From Octopus sinensis (Eukaryota), in the NCBI RefSeq assembly GCF_006345805.1, contig NC_042998.1, positions 5,642,001-5,706,000 of the forward strand: a DNA stretch of 64,000 nt, written 5' to 3'. Every line of letters starts with the position of its first letter. Position 1 is the stretch's first letter. The position numbers and the translations under genes are program-made. Of the stretch, positions 12,701 through 26,099 are shown piece by piece. The notes below the pieces were generated by a model. It had not been told where the DNA came from, did not search any database, and worked only from the letters and a program-made list of their open reading frames with translations.

Positions 12701-12892
12701 TATAATTATAATAATAAAAATAATAATAACATCGAAAAATACCTTAGGAATGAGAACCCAGGTTTGAAACTTTCCCAAGACACCTGAAGAAGGCTGGAGG
12801 GTATATCAGCTGAAACATTGTGTTAACAACAAGCAAGATGAGGACAAATATCCATCGAATGTAAATAATGTAAATAATGACATGTTGATTAA
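12553..12892 (+). mobile_element. Composite SINE-like element: tRNA head, (AAT)n, hammerhead-like module and tgtaaataa tail
   Basis: A box tagtggttaagagc and B box gagttcggttcc, about 110 nt of AAT/AAC, then a module shared with 29490-29642. It interrupts the mariner ORF near its start. Confidence 0.75.
12779..12824 (+). ncRNA. Minimal type-I hammerhead-like motif (stem III degraded)
   Basis: gacac CTGAAGA a ggctg-gagggtatat-cagct GAAAC ATT gtgtt. Confidence 0.6.
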
Positions 12893-13185
12893 TGTTCATT
12901 TTGGTTCTCCATTTCCAGGGTGATCTCAGGCACAAAAAATACAACCAGTCTCAACAGAAGTTTGCATTGAATTACATTAGTCAGATATTGCATCTAATTA
13001 TGTTAGTCAGATATTTAACGAGTATTCATAAACCAAGGTAAAAATGGAATGGTATCAAGTATCTAAGGAGTATATACACACCAAGGAGTAAAGGGAACAA
13101 ACTTTTGAGCCAACCCAATATGTATGTATATTAGACACTATACACATACTACAAGAGTATCTTGTTAAACCCCCGATGTATAATG

Positions 13186-13561
13186 TGGAGGCGCAATGGC
13201 CCAGTGGTTAGGGCAGCGGACTCGCGGTCATAGGATCGTGGTTTCGCTTCCCAGACCGGGCGTTGTGAGTGTTTATTGAGCGAAAACACCTAAAGCTCCA
13301 CGAGGCTCTGGCAGGGGATGGTGGTGATCCCTGCTGTACTCTTTCACCACAACTTACTCTTACTTCCTGTTTCTGTCGTACCTGTATTTCAAAGGACCGG
13401 CCTTGTCACTCTCTGTGTCACGCTGAATATCCCCCGAGAACTACGTTAAGGGTGCACGTGTTTGTGGAGTGCTCAGTCACTTACACGTTAATTTCACGAG
13501 TAGGCTGTTCCGTTGGTTCGGATCAACCGGAACCCTCATCGTCATAACCGACGGAGTGCTT
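13186..13561 (+). mobile_element. tRNA-derived SINE family C
   Basis: Highly similar to 3986-4372 over its whole length. Confidence 0.9.
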
Positions 13562-14939
13562 CTATATATTAGATGTATAATATTCTTAGTTATCATATAC
13601 CAAGGGGCTTCTTCCATGTATTCTATTGTTTCTAAAAACCCACTTCTTTGTATCATTATAATGGAGTTCAGAGTAATTGATTTTTGTCAGAAAATAGATT
13701 CAGTATTTTTTTGATAAAGTCGTTTACGAAGTTTGTTTTATGACTGTGAGCAGATGGAAAGAGTTTTTATTTATGAATAATATATTTTCATTTAGATTTC
13801 TATAAGGTAAGTGATTATCTGTAGTGAAGTCTAACATGAGATCTAAAGAAAATGATATTTCTTAAAATGATGCAGATGGTGATTTTTAAATAAAATTTCT
13901 TAAACCTAAACATTTTTACCTGTCTGGGATGAGTCATGTGTTAAAGTTATAATCTTTTTTTTCTGTGTTAACCTCATATTTTTTCTAGAGATAAATGACT
14001 TTTTTAATATTTATATCAATTAAGGCAGCAAACTGGCTGAATTGTTATCGTACTGGGAAAAATGCTAAGTGGTATTTTGTCCATTTTTATGTCCTGAGTT
14101 CAAATGCAGCCGAGGTTGACTTTTCCTTTTATCCTTTCCAGTTTGATAAAATGAGCATCGATCTGACTCATACCCTGTTCACTTCCCAGACATTTGTACA
14201 TTACTGCAGATGCTTTATACGCACTTTTGACAAGTTGTGGTGCACCTGAGCACTGTATACAATAACTTCATTATTATTTTTATTATAACATTTAAAAAAA
14301 TTTATCTATGATTTGGCCATTTACATATTGGGAGATTGCCAAACCATTCTCATCTCTACCTAAACCAATGCAGGAAAAGTCTTTTCTTTTTTCTAGTAAG
14401 CCAGAGATATTCAAGCCTTCAAGTTCATATACAGACATCAACATCATTCAAACTACCCGTGGATGCATCAAAAGGCTCAACAAAGATGCTGGCAGATAAT
14501 AACAGAGCCTACTGATACCAATCTTGCTAATGGCAGAAAATATTTTTCTGAATTCTAATTCTTTCTGCAGAAAGGATCTTGAAATTGGTGGTTAAGATTC
14601 TTCTATATCAAAGTAGGAGAATCTTCCAAGTGCTTTATTTTCTATACTTCCAAACCACTTAATTACAATGCCACTGCCATTCCAGTGCAGTAATTTTTTT
14701 GGACATGCTTAATCTTTAAGATTATGGAGTTGAGAAAATGCTTTCTAACTATGACCTGTTTACTTGTGGTGAGATTTAACAATCCACATTTGGAGAGGAG
14801 TAATTAGTTATCTTTGTAGACATTTAAAGTAATGAAGAACAACAGCACGGTTTGACATTCCATTCTGTGATCCATTTTTAATTATCTAATTTTTTAATTA
14901 TTTTTTCTTTGTTGATGATATTATATAAACTAGAAATAC

Positions 14940-15345
14940 TCTTTACTCTACTCTTTTACTCTTTTGCTTGTTTCAGTCATTTGACTGTGGCCATGCTGGA
15001 GCACCGCCTTTAGTCCAGGAAATCAACCCCAGGACTTATTCTTTGTAAGCCTGGTACTTATTCTATTGGTCTCTTTTGCTGAACCCCTAAGTTATGGGGA
15101 CGTAAACACAACAGCATCGGTTGTCAAGCGATGTTGGTGGGGACAAATACAGATACACACACACAAATATATATATATATTTATATATACATATATACGA
15201 CGGGCTTCTTTTAGCTTCTGTCTATCAAATCCAGTCACAAGTCTGTGGTCAGCCCGAGGCTATAGCAGAAGACACTTGCCCAAGGTGCCACGCAGTAAGA
15301 CTGAACCCGGAACGATGTGGTTGGTAAGCAAGCTACATACCACAC
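14940..15345 (-). mobile_element. SINE family A
   Basis: Near-full-length family A match. Confidence 0.85.
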
Positions 15346-15509
15346 AGACAGGAACATTTTTCACAAAAAATATATAGATCATCATTATCATCATCTAACA
15401 TCCACATACCTTGCAGAACTACAAATCCTGTGAGGTGGAGTCAGCTTCCTGCCAGTGGACAAGAGAATGATCTATGAGAAGGAGGTGCAGTAGTGCAGGT
15501 TTAAGCAGT

Positions 15510-16435
15510 TTTTTTTTTCAGAACCATAATCTCTGTACTTTTCTACGTTTGGCACCCAAAAAATTTCTGACAAAAGTGAAAAATGAAGAAATTGAAGGAG
15601 TGGGGGAGGAGGCGGTGGAATTGTGATTTTGAAATTCTGACTTTTACAAATATCTTTTCAGAATCCGAATCTCCATAGCCGAAGATGTGGATTTCCATAA
15701 AAAATAAATTTTTAAGTGAGGGAGGGGTTGGGTTATGTCTCCACCATGTGTGCCCATATATATATAAATAGGAAAAATAGAAATTGAAAAAGCACTGAAA
15801 TTATTTAAAATATCTTTTATTAATATATTTAAATCTTTAACCGGTTTCACAGTTTACAATGATTTTCAAAAAGTTCAAATAGTAAGACGTGACTTATGAA
15901 AGAATGACTGAAGCAAGTAAAAGAATAAAAAGAGAGTAAATATAACAACACAAAAATAACCACTGCAGAGTTAATGATGATGATAATGATGGCAAAAGTG
16001 ATGATGATGTTAACTACTCTGTTGATGATGACAATCAAGGCAATGATGAACATGATTATAAGCAATTATAAGCAATTTATAATTGCTTTGTATATATTTA
16101 CATATATGCTTGCATGTGTGTGTAGATAGTAGATTGATTGCATATTTCTTTCATTATTTATCACATTTTTGAAAAATTGAAATTTTAGAAACAATTTTTT
16201 TCTTTCAGAATCATAATCTCCATATTTTTCTATGTATTTTGCCCCCAAAAACTTTCTGAAAAAAGTGAAAAATAAAGAAATGGTGGGGAATTGATATTTT
16301 GAAGTTGCAATTTTTGCCAATATTTTTGTTTCAGAATCAGAATCTGCATAGCCGAAAACGTTGGTTTCCGTAAAAATAAAATTTTTAAATATAGTAGCAG
16401 GGGCGGGTTATGTCACTACCATGTGTGCCAATAGA
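15510..16435. repeat. Two diverged direct copies of a ~250-bp repeat (15510-15760 and 16195-16435)
   Basis: Both contain ttcagaa.cataatctc...aaaagtgaaaaat...atagccgaa...gggttatgtc.c.accatgtgtgcc. Origin unknown, possibly a DNA transposon end. Confidence 0.75.
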
Positions 16436-16446
16436 TATGTGTATAC

Positions 16447-16501
<55 letters not shown>

Positions 16502-16850
16502 TATGTATCACATGATCAACTTGACTAATCGGATGTTATTATACATTGCTGTTCACAATATGCTTTGCATCATTTTAGCTTTTCAACGATGCCACCCCAC
16601 TGGCTAGGCAAGCAGGCCAACATTCAATTTCATCAGAAGGCTTCTCTGTTGCAGGGTTACCCATTTTACAGCTGAGTGGACTGGAGCAGTGTGAAAGAAC
16701 ATAATACACTGCCTTGTTCAGAAACTGAACCCATGATCTTGTGATCATGAATGCAAAACCCTGACCACTCCACCATGCACCTTCACATATATGTATATAT
16801 ATATAGAAGTATATTTATATGTATATACATGTTTGAATATGTAAGCATAC

Positions 16851-16908
<58 letters not shown>

Positions 16909-16946
16909 ATGTGTATGTATATGTATTATATATATAATATATATAC

Positions 16947-16979
<33 letters not shown>

Positions 16980-16980
<1 letters not shown>

Positions 16981-17421
16981 AAATAGAAATCAGCAAATAA
17001 CTGAGCAAATATAAAGATCTTGAAATAGAAATCAGCAAAATGTGGAACCTGAAGACTAAAACAATACCTGTTGTCATAGGTGCCCTGGGAATGATAGCGA
17101 AAGGGGCTGATTGCTACCTAACTCAGATACCAGGAAACCCAAAAATGGCAGAAATTCAAAAGATAGTGCTCATGGGAACTGCTCATATCCTACGCAAAAT
17201 ACTTTCTATGTAATCTCAGGGTTTAAAACAAACATAATTTTCGGTTTTTTGGGGTTTTTTTTTAAATTTTAGACATCCACTAGTACAACACCAAAAAAAA
17301 AAACCAAATATATGGCACACTAGGCATAACAACAGCATGAACTTCCAACCTGTTGTCTCTTGAGGCCTCTGGGTGAGACTTGCAGCCAACTTGTACAAAT
17401 ATAAAGCAAAAGTCAAACATA

Positions 17422-17423
<2 letters not shown>
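16980..17423 (+). mobile_element. 5'-truncated R4/Dong-clade LINE (RLE C-terminus plus 3' UTR) between (AAT)n arrays
   Basis: LSKYKDLEIEISKMWNLKTKTIPVVIGALGMIAKG...IPG...IQKIVLMGTAHILRKILSM* (stop 17211-17213). AAT arrays at about 16948-16977 and 17424-17480. Confidence 0.85.
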
Positions 17424-17484
<61 letters not shown>

Positions 17485-17738
17485 GTGACAACAAAAGAAT
17501 GGGAGATTGATATTAGGTAAATAGAGGATTATTCATATATGTATAATTTAAGAACAACCATTAAGTTGTCATTATAGTACTCAGAGGTTTTCTACCTATT
17601 AGAGTAACTTCCCTTTTATTCAACAGGTTTTCATGGCATCTATTGCTATTAATAGCCGATGACAATGCATCGTAGCTCTTCACTCCAACATTCGAAACTC
17701 TGAGTATATTAATGACAACTTAGTGATTGTTCTAAATT

Positions 17739-17799
<61 letters not shown>

Positions 17800-17851
17800 A
17801 TTACTATGGTTGATATATTTTCTAATAGATATATATCTATATGTATATATG

Positions 17852-17886
<35 letters not shown>

Positions 17887-17928
17887 ATGTGTGTGTGTAA
17901 ATATGTTAGTATAAATATATATATATAT

Positions 17929-17971
<43 letters not shown>

Positions 17972-18026
17972 TATGTGTATGTGCATGTATATGTATTTTA
18001 TATATATATATGTGTGTATATATATA

Positions 18027-18403
18027 CACTTGCGTCAGAAATTAATTAGCACTTCTCAAATTTCTACATTAAATAGGTTAAATCAATTAACCTATGAGCT
18101 GTTCAAAACGTCTTACGCGATAAGAAAACTTAGTATGGTGTGATTTCGGTCCTTGCGAGGCGCTGCCTATATCTATTAAACAAAGGAAGATTTGTCTGCA
18201 TCCGCACTCCAAGTTGTTGCACTGCTATGTCAACATCATAAGGCTGTAGTCTCTCAAACTGCTCTGCAAACAAAGTTACGTCATCGTTCTGCGCAACAGT
18301 GAACTCGCAACAAAGCAATAGTTCGAGATATGGCCACTAGGTGACAGCACATACCTTGAGTGAAGAGCAAATCAAGGGTGCTAATTAATTTCTGACGGTA
18401 GTG
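18027..18403. mobile_element. Tc1/mariner-type MITE or deletion derivative
   Basis: 26-bp TIRs cact(tg/ac)cgtcagaaattaattagcac with 2 mismatches, and TA on both sides. Confidence 0.85.
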
Positions 18404-18489
18404 TATATGTATATATATATATAATGTATATATATATATATGTATTGGTATTGGCATCCTTTCTGTCTCGGGAGACAATGGAGTTGCAC

Positions 18490-18815
18490 ATTTTTTTTTT
18501 TTTTTTTGTAGTCTAGTCCGGCTTTTATATTCCATGTCCTGATACATTTCCTGCTGTGGCTGTGTAGTCCTATCCTGGACAAACACTCCCTCTGGCAGGT
18601 ACCGCAAATGTAGCGAAGACTGTTCCTGGCTGGTTGTAATGCCATAGTCTCTTGTTTACGTCTCTTCTTTTCTTTCCATTTCTCCTCTCTCTCTCTGTTA
18701 CTCATTTGTATTCCCTCTTTTACGGTACGTCGTCAGTCTCCACGGTTGCCGGCGACTGCCTCCCAACCGCTAATATTGATGTTGCAGGCCTTCATATCCC
18801 TTTTGCAAAAAATTA
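18490..18815 (-). pseudogene. RTE (BovB-like) LINE 3' end
   Basis: KRDMKACNINISGWEAVAGNRG*..VKEG...ICGTCQRECLSRIGLHSHSRKC, a typical RTE C-terminus with a zinc knuckle. Confidence 0.8.
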
Positions 18816-18986
18816 ACATAGGCAAAAAAAAAAACAAAAAAAAAACCCGTAATAATAATTTAACATATATATGTATATATATATATTTATATACGCACAC
18901 ATATATCTATATATATACATATATATGCATAAAGGTATATACATATATTTATTATTATTATGGCTGATATATTTTCTAATATATAT

Positions 18987-19017
<31 letters not shown>

Positions 19018-20084
19018 CATTTATGTATGTATGTGTGTGTGTATGTATGTATATATGTATCTATATATATATCTATATTTTTCTATATATATATTCTTTT
19101 ATTCTTTTTTATGTTTCATCCTTGAGGCTGCGCCATGCTGAAGCACCACCATATAATATATATATATATATATCTATATATATATATATATATTTATATA
19201 TGAATGATTTATGAATTTTTCAATTATTTTTTATTGTATTATCTATTTAGTTGAAGAATTTTTCAATGTAGCACTGAAGAAAAAGAATGAGGAAAAATAA
19301 AACTAAAATCAGATGACAAAATTAGAAAAGCAGAAAACAAATGAAATGTCTGATGAGAGAATATCAGAAGAAATGAGGCGATTTCTCCCTAGATAGACAT
19401 ATGATGAAGCCTTAGTATTCTCTGGGGAAAATATCAATGGTTTTAAGTCATAAATTCTGATGTATTAATATTTTAATTAAGATTTTTTGAGACATATTTG
19501 ACAAGAGAGAAATTTTTCTGGAATGAATTACACTTGTTTTTTTTCTAATTTCTAATTTAAGAACTATGAATAAATATTCTATTGAAGTGATTTTAAAAGT
19601 GATTTTTTTCTAGAATGTAACAAATATCATTGTTGAATAAGCTTAGTACTACATAGGATAATAGACACAATGTATTGCCCAAGAAACTCCATCTCCTGGT
19701 CTTAAATACAATGATTCCTGTGAGACAAGTATTTGGTCCAAGCCTTCAGTTCGAGAACACCTCAGCCCTTTTTTTTTCATCCGCCTAGACTCAGAAGCCT
19801 TGAAAAGGATTGTGGATGCTACCATTTGCCCTCTGGCTAAGCAATATCTTACATTTTTTATTTGTTACCTGTTTTAGTAGTTGGACTGCAACCATGTGGG
19901 AGCATCACCTTGAAGGTTTCAAACAAATTGACTCCAGTACTTGATCTGTAAATTTGGTTACCTATTTTATCAATCCCGTTTGCTGAATCACAATCGATAA
20001 GTTACAGGGATGCAAACAAACCAACATTAGTTGTTAAGCAGTGGCAGGGAATGAATATAAAGACACACACCACCCATAACTACA

Positions 20085-20421
20085 TATATACATACATGTA
20101 TGCATGCGTACATACATATATACATATATATGTACACACATGCATACATACACACATACATACACACAGATATACATACATATATACATATGTACACATA
20201 TGTATACATACATATATGCATGCATGCTTACATACATTCATACATACATACAGGCATGCATGCTTTTATGCATACAGAGACACATATGCATGCATACATG
20301 CATACATACATACATACATACATGCATGCATGCATGCATAGATACACACATATATGCATGCATACATACATACACACATACATACTGCATGCCTGCATGC
20401 ATGCATGCATGCATGCATACA

Positions 20422-20455
<34 letters not shown>

Positions 20456-20520
20456 CATATATGCATTCATACCTACATACATACATATATACATACATAC
20501 ATACATACATACATACATGA
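20085..20520. repeat. (CATA)n/(CATG)n tetranucleotide array
   Basis: Directly visible. Confidence 0.95.
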
Positions 20521-20559
20521 TGATGGCCATCCACTCATGACCAAGGAAAACCATTACTG

Positions 20560-21480
20560 ACCTTTAGGAAGATTTGTGCTCAAGACTACCTTCTACTTTT
20601 TATTTAAGGCTCTGTTGGCGACTAATGAGCCCTGCTCTTGACAGATACACATGACTGCAAACACTGCAGATCAAGCTTTCCCCATTCATTACACTAGTTG
20701 GGCATTTATGAGCAACACACTAAAATTCTTCATGAAGAATATGTGCTCTTTCAAATGTATTGAGTCCTTCCTTTATTTGTTTCCTCCCTCCATGGTGATG
20801 ACAAGCATAACTCTATTAGTCAGCTTCCTGCATTTACAGGCCTTAAATGAGGACTTTACATAGTCCTTAAATTGAAGTCTTGAGTTTTGCCAGGGTTGCA
20901 TTCCACTGACAAGTTTCCAATATAGCATCTGTTTAGGGATCCTGCTATCATTCATTCTAACAGGGTTGTCCAATCCAACATACCTGGTGTTTGTGCACCA
21001 ATCACCTCTAATCTCAGGATATCAGCTTTCCTCGGGACCTGTGTATCTGGAGTTTTTATGGTCCAGCCAACGTTCAGAATGTGTCTTGCATCTCTGATGG
21101 AAACGTTCAAGGACCTTTACATGACATTTGTAGAGGGTCCATGTGTCACATGAGTATAGGAGTGATGTCAGTACACATGCATGGTACACAGCAATTTTTG
21201 TTCACCTTGTGATTCCATGTTGGGACCATATATGAGACTCAGAGATATGATGGAATAAGTTACTCTCTGCTGTTTGAAAGATATTTCATCATCCAGGGAG
21301 TAAGAACAGCTGAGCATGCTGCCCAGGAAGACAAAGGTCTACCAATTCTAGTATTGTTCCTTCAACCAAGATCGTTGGTTCCACATATGGGTTTCCTAGC
21401 ACAAGCTGGAACATTACAATAGTCTTGCCCAGGCTGATTTTGAGTCCAAATGCCTTGCAAGGAGCAGAAATATGATTCAC
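20560..21480 (-). pseudogene. Decayed RTE (BovB-like) RT and C-terminal fragment
   Basis: CKAFGLKISLGKTIVMFQ and RMNDSRIPKQMLYWKL...RLQFKDYVKSSFKAC. Confidence 0.85.
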
Positions 21481-21566
21481 AAACACATACATACATTCAT
21501 ACATACATACACACACATACATACATACACACTCAACACACACATACATATATTATATATATATAT

Positions 21567-21686
21567 ATTTATTATATAGAAGGAGCTTCTACAGACTAGA
21601 ACTGTTTCATCAAGAGAAATCTTCAGGAAGATTTCTCTTGAATGAAACAGTTCTAGTCCTGTAGAAGCTCCTTCTATATAATAAAT
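21567..21686. repeat. Near-perfect 120-bp palindrome
   Basis: Arms 21567-21624 and 21627-21686 surround a 2-nt ag loop and differ by only two 1-nt indels. Confidence 0.92.
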
Positions 21687-21756
21687 TAATTTTACTCTGC
21701 TATGTATTGAGTACCTTATTTACTGTGGTTAACCCCGAATCAACCCGGGACCTACA

Positions 21757-21784
<28 letters not shown>

Positions 21785-21791
<7 letters not shown>

Positions 21792-21948
21792 AGGGAAGCT
21801 TACGAAAATTAAACAAAGACGAAGGCAGATGGAGTACAAACAAACAATGTATTAGTATGGAGCTCAGGAATAGAAATAAAACAAGTCTTTTACGTTTCGA
21901 GCCTATGCTCTTCAACAGAAAGATACACAGAAAAGAAACATGGAGAGA

Positions 21949-21955
<7 letters not shown>
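21785..21955 (-). mobile_element. Penelope-like pLTR fragment, second copy of 10330-10512
   Basis: Reverse-complement homology with 10330-10512. Confidence 0.65.
21886..21923 (-). ncRNA. Minimal type-I hammerhead-like motif with A6U core
   Basis: Minus strand reads tcttt CTGTTGA a gagc-atag-gctc GAAAC GTA aaaga. Confidence 0.7.
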
Positions 21956-21986
<31 letters not shown>

Positions 21987-22337
21987 CGTACATACCCTGA
22001 CAATGAATTCTCATTCGTACCTATCACCATAGGTGTATTTTAACTGAATTCAGTTAAAATGTCTTATTGATGAGTTTTATTTCTTCATTGCCCTGAAGAG
22101 AAGATTACATTGATTTACACAATTTTATTCCTTTGGAATAACACCTGCATTTAACTCCATTTATTTATTTATTTATACATACATATATACATACAAAAGA
22201 TCAGGATTCAAGCGAATCAGGCAAGAGCAAGGGACATAGAATCATGAAGGTGTAAAAATCGTTGGCTTTTGAATATTTTTGAATGTTGTGGTTCAAGTAT
22301 TCACCTGATGAACACAATTTTTTGTAATGATGTAATG

Positions 22338-22921
<584 letters not shown>

Positions 22922-23019
22922 AATCAATCCAAAATTTGCTAGAAACAGCTGTAGTGAAATGGCACATTATTCATCTGTTGTTATTTATTGACTTAAACAC
23001 ATACAAACAAAAAAATACT

Positions 23020-24170
23020 CTGTAGTCGATGTTGAAATTCTTTAGATCCAAGTTAGAAACCGATTCTTTCTCTATTGGCAAGAAATCTTGAAATAAACAG
23101 AATAATGACATACATACAGACATACATACATACGTACATACATACATACATACATACATACAGACATACATACATACGTACATACATACATACAAACATA
23201 CATACATACATACATACATGTATACATACATACATACATACATACATACATACATACATACATGTATACATACATACATACATACATACATACATACATA
23301 CAGACATACATAAATACATACATACATACATACATACATACATACATACATACATGTATACATACATACAACATACATGTATACATACCTACATACATAC
23401 TACATACATACATACATACATACATACAACATACAACAACATACATACATAAATACATACATACAACAACATAATACATACAAACATACATACATACATA
23501 CATACATGTATACATACATACATACATACAATGTACATACACATACATACATACATACATACATACAGAATACATACATACATACATACATACATACATA
23601 CATACATACATACATACATACATACATACATAAAACAGTATAATACATACATACTAATACATGGTATACATACATACATACATACATACATACAACATAC
23701 ATACATACATACATACATACATACATACATACGACATACATACATACATACATACATGTACCATACATACATACATACATACATACATACATGTATCCAA
23801 TACTACATACACATACATACACCATACCATACATACATACATCGTACGTACATACATACATACATACATACATACATACATACATACATACATACATACA
23901 CACATACATACATACATACATACATACATACATTATACATACATACATACATACATGTATACATACATACATACATACATTACATACATACATACATACA
24001 TACGTACATACATACATACATACATACATACATACATGTATACATACATACATACATACATACAAACATACATACATACATTAACTTCATATCTTTGTTG
24101 GAAACTGGCTCCTTCCTCAGCGGAAGATTTATAGTAATCAAAAAATGGAAGAGACATACATACATACACA
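23020..24170 (+). repeat. ~1-kb (CATA)n array preceded by a probable LINE 3' end and containing a second short unique island
   Basis: 23067-23110 (tctctattggcaagaaatcttgaaataaacagaataatgacatac) matches 62069-62110. A unique island at 24083-24152 also runs into CATA. Confidence 0.8.
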
Positions 24171-24999
24171 CAGGCTTCCACACAGTTTCTAAGAATCAAA
24201 TTCACTGATAAAGCATTTGCTGGCCCAGGGGCACTTGCCCAAGTTAACACACAATGGAATTGAACCTAAAACCATGTGACTACAAGCCAAGTTTCCTAAC
24301 CACACAACCCTGTCTGTGTCTACATATATATATATATATTTTTTTTTTAACAGAAAGTCAAATCTTGAACTAAACAATATATAATCAAATGCCTAGTTAT
24401 AATCTTTGACCTCCATATACAACATTTTAACTCAATCTTTTCATAAATCAGACATCCATATGATAAGTACTTTCAGTTTCTGGTTTAATGTGTGGAAGAG
24501 AGATATATGTTCTCAAGAGCAAAACTGATTATATATCACATCTAAATCTCTACTAAAAATTCTGGAGTTTCTTAGCTAATTTATATGAATGCTATCATAT
24601 GTAATAATGTCTATTACTAGAAGTTTGATAAAACATCCGTAGTTTATATGGTCTCATGAATCAGGACTTTTTATTCCTCATTTGGATATTTTTATTTCTA
24701 CTGTGTCATATTACACGGCTGACTATGAATCCTCCAGTGTTTTTCAACCAGGGTTGATTTGAACCTTGTGGGGTCTATATAAGAATGTTTTTGTTAAAAT
24801 GTATTGGCAATAAATTGGTTGTACTTTTCCAATACATAAAATATTTTAAAAAATTTTTCTTTTTATATAATTCCTAATATTTCCTTTATTCTTTTATTCT
24901 TTTATTTATTTCAATCATTTGACTGCAGCCATGCTGGAGCACCATTTTAAAGGATTTAACGCAAACAAATCAACCCTAGGGCTTATTTTTTAACCCTTA

Positions 25000-25460
25000 T
25001 CATCATCATCATCATCATCATCATCATCGTCATCATCGTTTAACGTCTGCTTTCCATGCTGGCATGGGTTGGACAGTTTGACTGAGGACTGACAAACCAG
25101 ATGCCTGCACCAGGCTACAATCTGATCTGGCAGAGTTTCTACAGCTGAATGGCCTTCCAACCACCAACCACTCCAAGGGGATACTGGGTGAATTTTACGT
25201 GCCACCGACATGAGGGCCAGTCAGGCGGTACTGGCAACAGCCAAGCTGAAATGGTGTCTTTTACATGCCACCTGCACAGGAGCCAGTCCAGTGGCATTGG
25301 TAACGACCTCGCTTCAATGTTTTTTCATGTGCCACCAGCATAAGTGCCAGTAAGGTGACGCTGGTAATGATCACGCTCGAATGATGATTTTTATGTGCCA
25401 CCAGCATGGAAGCCAGTTAGCTGCTCTGACAACGATCACGCTCGGAGGGTGCTCTTATAT
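25000..25460 (-). mobile_element. RTE LINE 3' UTR fragment with a (GAT)n tail
   Basis: Diverged reverse-complement match to 31600-31940. Confidence 0.75.
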
Positions 25461-26099
25461 GCCAATAAAAAATTTCACTATTTAGATTAAACATTATGGT
25501 AAGCTTTTACAATCTGGAAAAGAAGGATATTATGCAGTTGTTAGCTATGGGTATCGACTACCTACTGAACATTTTGCATTCTGAGTCAGGTGTTCCCCAG
25601 TGAGTTCATGTCCGAACAAGTAGGAGCAGGTCTTGCATTGCAAAAGCGCAACCAGGTGTATATATGGGTTAAGCCTAGCACTTATTCTATTGGTCTCTTT
25701 TGACAAACTGCTGAGTTAGCAGTTGTCAAGTGGTGATGAGGGGACTGATACGGAGACATAGACATACACACATAGATATCTATACATGCAAAAAAATTAA
25801 CAAACCTCCTTGACATCACACCCTTTCATCTTCCAAAATGAAAGACAACAGATTGTGTAATTCTAGGTCATTCATTATCATTCACATTTTATATCTGTTT
25901 TCCAGGCTGTCATGGATTGCATGTGTCATCCCAGTTCAAATCCAGATTAGCTCTTATTCAGAGTTGCTGCACTTCTGGAAGAGTTCAGAGACCATATCTT
26001 GCTTCTATATTTCATTTGATATGGCATCTATGACAACATGCCCTTCCTAACACTAATTGCTTCACAAAATGTATTGAGTATATTTTATTTTGCACCAGC

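Larger units (their letters stand above)
11108..13118 (-). mobile_element. Decayed mariner transposon with two nested SINEs
   Basis: TA-flanked TIRs (ttgggcttgccaaaaa at 11108; reverse complement ttgggttggctcaaaag ending at 13118). Transposase remnants MENQNEH (~12913), YFLKK..IQAVYG, ISKSRVENHLHQFGYVS and FHHNNARPH...HPPHSSNLASLDFHLF. About 1.26 kb once the SINEs are removed. Confidence 0.9.

Noticed and set aside
25487-25499. 13-nt microexon-like tttag|attaaacattatg|gtaagc
   Set aside because: No in-phase neighbouring exons were found, and such matches are expected by chance in AT-rich DNA.
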